Below are positions 56,624-63,320 of a DNA stretch of 64,000 bases, piece after piece. Below the pieces are notes generated by a model. The model did no database searches. It saw nothing but the letters and a program-made list of their open reading frames with translations, and was not told the DNA's origin. The translations under genes were made by a program, and so were the position numbers. Numbering within the stretch: position 1 is the stretch's first letter; the number at the start of each line of letters is the position of its first letter. Origin of the DNA: a virus; the IMG/VR virus record IMGVR_UViG_3300009008_000026, positions 1-64,000 of that record. One strand, given 5' to 3'.

Positions 56624-56724
56624 GGAGCCGCCTGTTCGTTAGCTACTGAGAATAAATGCGATAACGAATGTGGTCTATAACCCGTAGCTGATCACTACAC
56701 TGGGATAGTCCACTTCCAAGCTCC
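56624..56724 (+). ncRNA. Candidate structured RNA (three-way junction)
   Basis: GGAGC/GCTCC closing stem encloses two hairpins. Confidence 0.35.
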
Positions 56725-56747
56725 GATTTATTCGTACCTCGTTCTCT

Positions 56748-56803
56748 CTGACATTCTCTTGACAATTTAGTTATAGACAACCCCACTGCACATGTGGTAT
56801 AAT
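56748..56803 (+). promoter_or_regulatory. Triple-box promoter
   Basis: CTGACA-N5-TTGACA-N9-TAGACA-N18-TATAAT. Confidence 0.75.
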
Positions 56804-56832
56804 GTGTGAACATTCAAACAAAGGAACAAAGA

Positions 56833-57078
56833 ATGATTAAAGAGTGTAAACACTGTGGCGATGTATTTCGCTTAGATGCGATTGCTAAGAAGAGTGCCGG
56901 CGGCAAGATTAACGAGTGTGCTGATTGCGTGGTCGAACTAAAGACCGAGACAGCAGTCAAGTACACAGGATTAGAACTAGAGGATACTGGTTCTTTTATG
57001 ATTAATAGGCATGCAACGGTTGAAGATCGAGAAAAGTATATGCATGAGCTTAAAAATGGTGTAGACCTTTCAAAATGA
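56833..57078 (+). CDS. Zn-ribbon hypothetical protein
   Basis: 'CKHC...CADC'. Confidence 0.65.
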   Translation: MIKECKHCGDVFRLDAIAKKSAGGKINECADCVVELKTETAVKYTGLELEDTGSFMINRHATVEDREKYMHELKNGVDLSK

Positions 57079-57317
57079 TTACTGTGTTTATTATATTGGT
57101 TTCGTTCTCTTTCGGGTTTGCAGCAGGATCATGGTTTAAAGCTACGATTTATGACAATCAGCCGTGGGAAGTCTTTCGTTGGGACTCTGGGGCACTGGGC
57201 TATCGCCGTGTCCCTATGGGCGCAATGTTAGGGCGCAATGACAACGTGCTGATGGGCTTGCGCCTGAACTCCGAACAGTTTCCAGCGGAAGGTATTCGAG
57301 TTGAAGGAGGGAAATAA
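57075..57317 (+). CDS. Membrane-anchored hypothetical protein
   Basis: N-terminal TM. Confidence 0.6.
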   Translation: MITVFIILVSFSFGFAAGSWFKATIYDNQPWEVFRWDSGALGYRRVPMGAMLGRNDNVLMGLRLNSEQFPAEGIRVEGGK

Positions 57318-57319
57318 AC

Positions 57320-57412
57320 ATGACGAAAATCGAGCTTATAGTTCTATTATCGGCTGGCGTGCTAATTGGTGCACCGCTGTCGGTAATTTTTAAACCCTTG
57401 ACATTCACTTAA
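57320..57412 (+). CDS. 30-aa hydrophobic peptide (not in ORF track)
   Basis: RBS AGGAGG; MTKIELIVLLSAGVLIGAPLSVIFKPLTFT, runs into the promoter repeat. Confidence 0.4.
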   Translation: MTKIELIVLLSAGVLIGAPLSVIFKPLTFT

Positions 57413-57453
57413 CAACTTTCCTATAGACAACCCCGATTAATCTGTGGTATAAT
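57398..57453 (+). promoter_or_regulatory. Triple-box promoter
   Basis: TTGACA-N5-TTAACA-N9-TAGACA-N18-TATAAT. Confidence 0.75.
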
Positions 57454-57485
57454 GTAGGCACAAATTAAAGAAGGAGTGAGAAGAA

Positions 57486-58103
57486 ATGCCAAACTGGTGC
57501 GACAACACATTAAACATTACAGGAACCTCGGAGAGTATCAAACAGATCGTCCAAGCCCTGCGCGCAAATAACTTCAACTGGAATGAAACATTTGTTCCAT
57601 ACGTAGATAGGAGTAGCTGGGGAACCAAATGGGAAGTGGATAACGGAACTCTTGAAGCCCTGATAGAACAGGACTATACCGAGGGAGATGACTTTTTAAA
57701 TGTTTGGTTTGATACTGCTTGGGGCCCGAATCTCCCTGTGAGCGAAGCCATAGCTAGTAAGCATGGTGTGGAGATCACACATAAATACGAAGAGGGCGGA
57801 AACGCATTAATGGGGATAGCCCACATCGACAGTTCTGGCGATTGTTATGATGAAGAGTTTGATACTTCTGACATCAAGCAAGTTGTAGAATTTCACGAGG
57901 GTATGATCCCAAGCCAGTATTTGGCCCTCACGAAGCCCGACGGAGCGAAAATTGCAGTAGGTGATCTCCTTTACCGCGATGATACTCCTTTTGGAGTCTT
58001 GTTAAGTGAGAGATCGCTTCTGCCTGTTGGCGCGCAAGTGCCCATCACGGTGGGAGAAATTGATGGAGTTATTTATTTTGATGAATACGGGTGTGATTTA
58101 TAA
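57486..58103 (+). CDS. DUF1281 / YubB ferredoxin-like domain protein
   Basis: 'MPNWCDN.L.I.G', 'WGTKW', 'FDTAW.P', 'YEE.G'. Confidence 0.75.
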   Translation: MPNWCDNTLNITGTSESIKQIVQALRANNFNWNETFVPYVDRSSWGTKWEVDNGTLEALIEQDYTEGDDFLNVWFDTAWGPNLPVSEAIASKHGVEITHKYEEGGNALMGIAHIDSSGDCYDEEFDTSDIKQVVEFHEGMIPSQYLALTKPDGAKIAVGDLLYRDDTPFGVLLSERSLLPVGAQVPITVGEIDGVIYFDEYGCDL

Positions 58104-58261
58104 TGAAAGTCGGTGACTTAGTTAAATGTGTTTCTGCTGACGGTGTTATTGGCTTGGTGGTTCGTATTAAACCCAACGCACATGGTACACCCATTTATGA
58201 GGTCTTAATCGGCTCAAACTGTTACCCCTTCCGCTCTAATATGCTGTGGAAGGTGGTGTAA
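58103..58261 (+). CDS. MKVGDLV-family microprotein (52 aa, not in ORF track)
   Basis: MKVGDLVKCVSADGVIGLVVRIK...YEVLIG...LWKVV. Confidence 0.7.
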   Translation: MKVGDLVKCVSADGVIGLVVRIKPNAHGTPIYEVLIGSNCYPFRSNMLWKVV

Positions 58262-58270
58262 AGTGAACAG

Positions 58271-58513
58271 TTGAGTGAAGAGTTACTATCACAAATTAGA
58301 TGGTTGGAGGATAAAATAAAGTCGCTCCAAGATCACATCTGCGAGATAGAATTTGAAAATCATCAACTTAAATTATCAATCGGCGGCGCTATCAAAACTC
58401 TCGAAAAACAGAACGAAGAGACAAAGAAAATAATTTGGGGCGCAACAGGGGGAACGATTACAGACTCCAAGAACTTCACCCCCTTGTCCGAGAAGAACAA
58501 GACAGGCGACTAA
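58271..58513 (+). CDS. Coiled-coil hypothetical protein
   Basis: Heptad pattern. Confidence 0.5.
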   Translation: MSEELLSQIRWLEDKIKSLQDHICEIEFENHQLKLSIGGAIKTLEKQNEETKKIIWGATGGTITDSKNFTPLSEKNKTGD

Positions 58514-58520
58514 TTTTCTC

Positions 58521-58576
58521 TTGACATTCACTTGACAACTTTCCTATAGACAGCCCCCATAATTCTATGGTATAAT
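58521..58576 (+). promoter_or_regulatory. Triple-box promoter
   Basis: TTGACA-N5-TTGACA-N9-TAGACA-N18-TATAAT. Confidence 0.78.
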
Positions 58577-58607
58577 GTAGGCACATTCAAACAAGGGAGA
58601 GTAATTT

Positions 58608-58979
58608 ATGGGATACCGTTCAGAAGTAGTTTTAGTCGTTGGCAAGGAGATCATACCACAGTTTATGGTCACTATGGCAAAGTCGCTAGCGGCGCGCGCC
58701 ATGTGTTTTGACGACGCCGATCGCGTAAAAGATTACGAGGAAGAGGGCACTATTCTCTTCCGTTGGGATAGCATTAAATGGTACGACTCCTTCGAGGAGG
58801 TGCAAGCCATCGAGGACTTTCTGGATTGGTGCGAGTGCGAAGAACTTGAGCTTGATGATGGAGTCCATTCGGCTATGGATTTCGTCCGCTTTGTTCGCAT
58901 CGGCGAAGATACGGACGATGTAGTTGAGCGCGGAATGGGATTCTGGAGCGTTGGCGTACGAAGGGCGATCTCATGGTAA
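58608..58979 (+). CDS. Phage hypothetical protein (MGYRS family)
   Basis: 'MGYRSEV', 'IKWY', 'FVRIGE..DD'. Confidence 0.7.
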   Translation: MGYRSEVVLVVGKEIIPQFMVTMAKSLAARAMCFDDADRVKDYEEEGTILFRWDSIKWYDSFEEVQAIEDFLDWCECEELELDDGVHSAMDFVRFVRIGEDTDDVVERGMGFWSVGVRRAISW

Positions 58980-59149
58980 TGAAAGTCGGTGATCTGGTAA
59001 ACAACCTTAACTCGGAGTGTGGACTGTTGGGGATTATTGTGGGCTGGCATGTCTCCACCCATGGGCGCTTTCCTCTTGTACACTGGAATGACGGGCGCAC
59101 AAGTTGGATTGTGGCGCATCGTGTGGAGGTGATAAGTGCGAGTAGGTGA
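58979..59149 (+). CDS. MKVGDLV-family microprotein (56 aa, not in ORF track)
   Basis: MKVGDLVNN...LGIIV...VHWNDG...VEVISASR. Confidence 0.7.
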   Translation: MKVGDLVNNLNSECGLLGIIVGWHVSTHGRFPLVHWNDGRTSWIVAHRVEVISASR

Positions 59150-59327
59150 TTTAGTAAAAGTCAAGGTGAAATACAACCGCGCCAAGATTGGCTTGGTAGT
59201 GGAAGTAGCGACTTACAACGGCAGCGGTGCCGTCTATGGATACATGGTCAAGCCTGTTGACGGAAGTCGCCCCATTATCATTATCGCGGAACCTCAAGAC
59301 ATGGAGATAGTAAGTGCAAGTCGGTGA
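59136..59327 (+). CDS. MKVGDLV-family microprotein
   Basis: 'MRVGDLVKV...IGLVVEV...MEIVSASR'. Confidence 0.7.
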   Translation: MRVGDLVKVKVKYNRAKIGLVVEVATYNGSGAVYGYMVKPVDGSRPIIIIAEPQDMEIVSASR

Positions 59328-59502
59328 TTTGGTTCAAAGAGGAGATGTTGTCGGACTGGTTGCGGAAGTCATGATTGCCAATGAAATCCAATGGATTAAG
59401 ATTATCGCCAACAATGGAAAATACGTTGGCGGCAATAATAGGTATTTTTCTCAAATAGGCTGGAAGGTAATAAACCCAGCCACAACAAAGGTAGAACAAT
59501 GA
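59314..59502 (+). CDS. MKVGDLV-family microprotein
   Basis: 'MQVGDLV...VGLVAEV'. Confidence 0.65.
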   Translation: MQVGDLVQRGDVVGLVAEVMIANEIQWIKIIANNGKYVGGNNRYFSQIGWKVINPATTKVEQ

Positions 59503-59834
59503 GAGTTTGGGTTATGAGCGGGATTCACGAGGGTGACATGTGGGCATCCACCCACTTAACAGAGAAAGGCGCTGTACTGGCGGCCATTGCCGATGTGCTG
59601 GAGTATTTGAACGTGAGCGATGCGGAGGGTGCCCTAGACGCTAGGAACCACTACGGGCGCTATAGCAACGAGGCAAATGGTGATCACACGGAGGCTATGC
59701 CATGGGATCCCAGCGAGCTAAGGAAGCTGAAATCGCCTGCTTTGTGGAGAATCTTTGCACAATGGTCAGAGCTTACGTGGGATAACTGCGTGGGCTATAG
59801 CGTTGAGGTCATGAAAACGACGATTGAAGCGTGA
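59499..59834 (+). CDS. Hypothetical protein
   Basis: Coupled ORF. Confidence 0.65.
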   Translation: MRVWVMSGIHEGDMWASTHLTEKGAVLAAIADVLEYLNVSDAEGALDARNHYGRYSNEANGDHTEAMPWDPSELRKLKSPALWRIFAQWSELTWDNCVGYSVEVMKTTIEA

Positions 59835-59844
59835 TAATCGTCCC

Positions 59845-59900
59845 TTGACACTCTCTTTACAACTTAACTATAGACAACCCCGATTAATCTGTGGTATAAT
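59845..59900 (+). promoter_or_regulatory. Triple-box promoter
   Basis: TTGACA-N5-TTTACA-N9-TAGACA-N18-TATAAT. Confidence 0.78.
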
Positions 59901-59929
59901 GCTAGCACATTCGGAACAGGAGTAATAGA

Positions 59930-60433
59930 ATGAAAGTACGGAACGCCCTCAAGAAAGTCAAGTCCCATTTCAAAAAACAAGGTATTGACATCGTTATCAA
60001 TCATCCAGAACAACACGGTTCTTACAAGTGGTCATTCGAGCATGATGGCTACGTCGGCTCGTTCTCTGTGAACGGCATGCATGGCTGGGATCCTGACGCC
60101 CTCGATGGCGAAGCTACCCTGTTTCACGTTCGCCGCGAGAACGACCACAGCGACCTGTACACAGACTACCACGCCGGCTCATTCCGCGATAACATCACAC
60201 AGGTATGTGAGAGCCTTCTGTCATCGCCTCCAAAGTATCCCGTTGGATCGCTGGTGCGAGGCAGACAGAACAAGCGCGCAAAGCGTTTCAACTTCAACGG
60301 TAAGGTGGGGCTCGTAACCTCTGCGGCTGATGGCTATTGCGAAATTCAATGGGTCGGCGACACACCTAAAGTCAACGCCTACTATTATGCCGTGCAACGG
60401 TACTCTTTCCGTGACCTTGAGGTGGCATCATGA
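59930..60433 (+). CDS. Two-domain protein with C-terminal SH3/KOW-like module
   Basis: C-terminal 'PVGSLVR...VGLV...IQW...DLEVAS'. Confidence 0.65.
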   Translation: MKVRNALKKVKSHFKKQGIDIVINHPEQHGSYKWSFEHDGYVGSFSVNGMHGWDPDALDGEATLFHVRRENDHSDLYTDYHAGSFRDNITQVCESLLSSPPKYPVGSLVRGRQNKRAKRFNFNGKVGLVTSAADGYCEIQWVGDTPKVNAYYYAVQRYSFRDLEVAS

Positions 60434-60642
60434 AAGTAGGTGATTTGGTACAGTTTACCTCCAGCGTTGGCGATTCTGACCAAAAGAAAGTTGGTCTTGT
60501 CTTTATGATTGATGAAACCATCGATCACGCAGACCCAGATGTTAAGTGGTGCGGCGTACGCTGGAATGATAGTCGATTATCGCCATTAGGATACACTGTA
60601 ACAGCTAGCCGTTATTTGGAGGTGATTAGTGAAAGTCGGTGA
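60430..60642 (+). CDS. MKVGDLV-family microprotein
   Basis: 'MKVGDLVQF...VGLV...VRWND...LEVISESR'. Confidence 0.7.
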   Translation: MKVGDLVQFTSSVGDSDQKKVGLVFMIDETIDHADPDVKWCGVRWNDSRLSPLGYTVTASRYLEVISESR

Positions 60643-60838
60643 TTTGGTTAAATGGCGCGGTTCTGTCGCAGTCGTTGTTAGGGAGAACCGCCACTATGTC
60701 AGGGATGGCTTCGTCGTCGATGAAGACAGCCTCACCGACGGCGCGCCGCTATTGCTGCGACATTTTAGCTGGGACATCCTTAGCGGGGATCGTGTGGTTC
60801 GTATCCTGCGTAAACTCCCAGTGGCTAATCCCTCTTGA
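60629..60838 (+). CDS. MKVGDLV-family microprotein
   Basis: 'MKVGDLVKW'; stop codon supplied by the promoter repeat. Confidence 0.65.
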   Translation: MKVGDLVKWRGSVAVVVRENRHYVRDGFVVDEDSLTDGAPLLLRHFSWDILSGDRVVRILRKLPVANPS

Positions 60839-60890
60839 CACTCACTTGACAACTTAACTATAGACAACCCGAATCAAACTGTGGTATAAT
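60835..60890 (+). promoter_or_regulatory. Triple-box promoter
   Basis: TTGACA-N5-TTGACA-N9-TAGACA-N18-TATAAT. Confidence 0.78.
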
Positions 60891-60921
60891 GTGCTCACTA
60901 GTTAGAGAAGGAGACAACAGC

Positions 60922-61152
60922 ATGACATTGACACCCTCGCGCAAAGCATCGAGTCGCACGAAGAACCGCATACGGGAACATGGGCCACACTTTGAAGTGG
61001 TTCGTGTTGACAACGCCATGTGTCTTCACGGGCGACAGGCGGCGTTTGTAGAGGCTCCCGATGGCTGGAGGGGCTGGTTGCCTCTTGATGAGCTACAAGA
61101 GACTGTAAGGGTAACAGAGCGCACCCTGACTAACGATCCGATTGATTGGTAA
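60922..61152 (+). CDS. Phage hypothetical protein
   Basis: RBS AAGGAG; 'S.RTKNRIREHG...WRGWLP'. Confidence 0.65.
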   Translation: MTLTPSRKASSRTKNRIREHGPHFEVVRVDNAMCLHGRQAAFVEAPDGWRGWLPLDELQETVRVTERTLTNDPIDW

Positions 61153-61161
61153 GGAGAGAAA

Positions 61162-61365
61162 ATGCAAGTAGGTGATCTGGTTAGATTTTATGAAAGCACC
61201 CACCCTGAATACAACGGGATTGTTATCTGGAGAGGTAGAATGGGCTCCCCAATAGAGACTGTGAAGATCCTCATGTTTGACGGATCCACCCAACTCAGAT
61301 CACCGAGCAGCATTGTGGAGATCCTATCACCAGCGCACAAAGAGGTGATACATGAAAGCCGGTGA
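61162..61365 (+). CDS. MKVGDLV-family microprotein
   Basis: 'MQVGDLVRF...GIVI...DG...KEVIHESR'. Confidence 0.7.
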   Translation: MQVGDLVRFYESTHPEYNGIVIWRGRMGSPIETVKILMFDGSTQLRSPSSIVEILSPAHKEVIHESR

Positions 61366-61546
61366 TTTGGTAAAATGGAGAAGCAAGACAAACCCAAACT
61401 ATTACGGGGAATACCGCGAGGCTGTTGGGGTTATTGTGAAAGTGTATCACATGGCTGATAAAACTATCGTCACTGACATCTTGATGGATGGTAAAATAAC
61501 CCGCTGGAGCAAAGCAAACTTTGAGGTGATCAGTGAAAGTCGGTGA
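61352..61546 (+). CDS. MKVGDLV-family microprotein
   Basis: 'MKAGDLVKW...VGVIV...DG...FEVISESR'. Confidence 0.7.
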   Translation: MKAGDLVKWRSKTNPNYYGEYREAVGVIVKVYHMADKTIVTDILMDGKITRWSKANFEVISESR

Positions 61547-61835
61547 TTTGGTCGCGCTCTCGTCTTATGCGGAGGGATTGATAGACCTTAAAGTGTATAG
61601 CTCCTTCTGGCGCGCCGAATACTTCAACAAGAAGCCACTGATGGGTATCATTGTGGAAGAGGTAAACTGGATCTGGATTGCCAAGCCATCACAGCAGCCC
61701 TTCCGTGTTCGCTGGCTCAATGAGCCTGACCCAAGGCTGATCCCCAATGGGCGCGGAGGGAGACACAGAGAGAACTACTTCACGCGCAAGGATCTGAAGC
61801 TAGTGAGAGCCCCCAAGAAGAAAAAGACCCCTTGA
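61533..61835 (+). CDS. MKVGDLV-family microprotein
   Basis: Paralogue of 55641 ('MKVGDLV.LSS.A..L', 'V.W.N', 'R.DLK.V'). Confidence 0.7.
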   Translation: MKVGDLVALSSYAEGLIDLKVYSSFWRAEYFNKKPLMGIIVEEVNWIWIAKPSQQPFRVRWLNEPDPRLIPNGRGGRHRENYFTRKDLKLVRAPKKKKTP

Positions 61836-61887
61836 CATTCACTTGACAACTTAGCTATAGACAACCCTACTTATTTTGTGGTATAAT
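61832..61887 (+). promoter_or_regulatory. Triple-box promoter
   Basis: TTGACA-N5-TTGACA-N9-TAGACA-N18-TATAAT. Confidence 0.78.
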
Positions 61888-61936
61888 ACTCTCGTATTCA
61901 CAAAGAACCACACACCCAATCCAAGGATAACATCAC

Positions 61937-63022
61937 ATGTCAGTCGATTTTAAAACATTCCTCTCCATTGCTCCTCACATTCTCGACCAGAAACTCCCCG
62001 TGTTAGTTCGCGGGCGTCACGGTGTCGGTAAATCTGAGGTGGTCTATCAGATTGCCGCAACGCGCAATCTTCCTATCGTTGAACGCCGCGCCTCACAAAT
62101 GACCGAGGGCGATCTTCTCGGCTTGCCAGATACGTGCGATACCGCTATCAGTGGTCGTAAGGCTACCACGTGGAACGCTCCAGATTGGCTTGTAACCGCT
62201 TGCGAGCAACCTGTTCTCCTGTTCCTCGATGAAGTAGACCGCGCGACCTTAGAAGTCCGTCAAGGGCTCTTCGAGCTTACTGACAGCCGCAAGATCAACG
62301 GGTGGAAACTTCACCCTGAGACTCTCATTGTTGCAGCCGTTAACGGTGGCGAGCACGGCGCGCAATACCAAGTTGGCGAGATGGATCCCGCCGAGCTTGA
62401 CCGCTGGACTGTGTTTGATGTCGAGCCTTCTGTTGAAGACTGGCTTGGTTGGGCGAAGGATAACGTCGATGAGGTTCTCTGGGACTTCATTAACCACAAC
62501 CGCGTCCACTTGGAGCATGCTGGTGAGTTCGAGCCTAACAAGGTTTACCCTTCACGCCGTAGCTGGAAGCGTTTCAATGACGTTGCAGTCCCTACGGGAG
62601 CCTTCACACAAGATGGTCAGAATGGTGAGCTTCTCTATAACCTCGCGACTGCGTTTGTTGGCTTCGAGGGCGCTGTAGCTCTCAAGGACTTCGTTGAACG
62701 CTACGAGTGGCAGGTGTCGGTTGAGGATCTCCTTGACGATGGTGACTTTGCGCGCACTGAAAACTGGGGTATTAACGACCACTGCGCTATGATCGAGAAG
62801 ATTGAGGCATGCGGACGCTTGTCTGAAGAGCTTACAGAGACTCAGGTTAGGAACGTAGCCACTTATTTCTGTAGCTTGCCATCTGAGGCGGCTATGAAGC
62901 TCTGGGCTGTGCTTGGAGAGGCTGACTGCATCGAGAACGTCATCGCGATTCACAAGGCAGAGTCAGCCAGTGGTCGCTCTGTGAGTGATGCGCTTGTCGA
63001 GATCCTTGAGGGGCAAGGATAA
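61937..63022 (+). CDS. MoxR-like AAA+ ATPase
   Basis: Walker A 'GRHGVGKS', 'GDLLGLP', Walker B 'LFLDEVDRA', 'MDPAELDRW', 'PSRRSW'. Confidence 0.85.
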   Translation: MSVDFKTFLSIAPHILDQKLPVLVRGRHGVGKSEVVYQIAATRNLPIVERRASQMTEGDLLGLPDTCDTAISGRKATTWNAPDWLVTACEQPVLLFLDEVDRATLEVRQGLFELTDSRKINGWKLHPETLIVAAVNGGEHGAQYQVGEMDPAELDRWTVFDVEPSVEDWLGWAKDNVDEVLWDFINHNRVHLEHAGEFEPNKVYPSRRSWKRFNDVAVPTGAFTQDGQNGELLYNLATAFVGFEGAVALKDFVERYEWQVSVEDLLDDGDFARTENWGINDHCAMIEKIEACGRLSEELTETQVRNVATYFCSLPSEAAMKLWAVLGEADCIENVIAIHKAESASGRSVSDALVEILEGQG

Positions 63023-63026
63023 GCCC

Positions 63027-63236
63027 GTGAGAGATCTAAGGGCTGGCGACCTCCTGATCAGGCATGGCGATAATCGCCCTGTGCTGGTCGCCGAGGTTCT
63101 GGTGAGCCGCAGACCCAAGTACGGCAATACGGTCGAATACAGGAAGGTCTACAGGCTCCTAGACGGTGCCAGCGATACCTCACGGTGGATCAAAGATACT
63201 GAGATCGCCGTAAAGTACAGACTCCCCACTCCTTGA
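63027..63236 (+). CDS. Small SH3/KOW-like protein (GDL family)
   Basis: 'LRAGDLL...LV.EV...YRLLDG'. Confidence 0.5.
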   Translation: MRDLRAGDLLIRHGDNRPVLVAEVLVSRRPKYGNTVEYRKVYRLLDGASDTSRWIKDTEIAVKYRLPTP

Positions 63237-63288
63237 CATTCACTTGACAACTTAACTATAGACAACCACACGATTTGTGTGGTATAAT
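63233..63288 (+). promoter_or_regulatory. Triple-box promoter
   Basis: TTGACA-N5-TTGACA-N9-TAGACA-N18-TATAAT. Confidence 0.78.
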
Positions 63289-63320
63289 ACCTTCGTATTC
63301 AGCACTTAGGAGCCCTCAAC

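Noticed and set aside
56640-56700. Hammerhead ribozyme (CTGAGA / CTGATCA segments)
   Set aside because: No CUGANGA plus GAAA core in the required stem arrangement
55433-61835. Integron or diversity-generating retroelement behind the microprotein array
   Set aside because: No integrase or reverse transcriptase in the window, no attC-like inverted repeats, and no template/variable repeat pair differing at adenines
56233-63288. Regularly recurring ~55-bp repeats as a CRISPR array
   Set aside because: They are 0.5-1.4 kb apart with whole genes between them, match promoter consensus, and no cas genes are present
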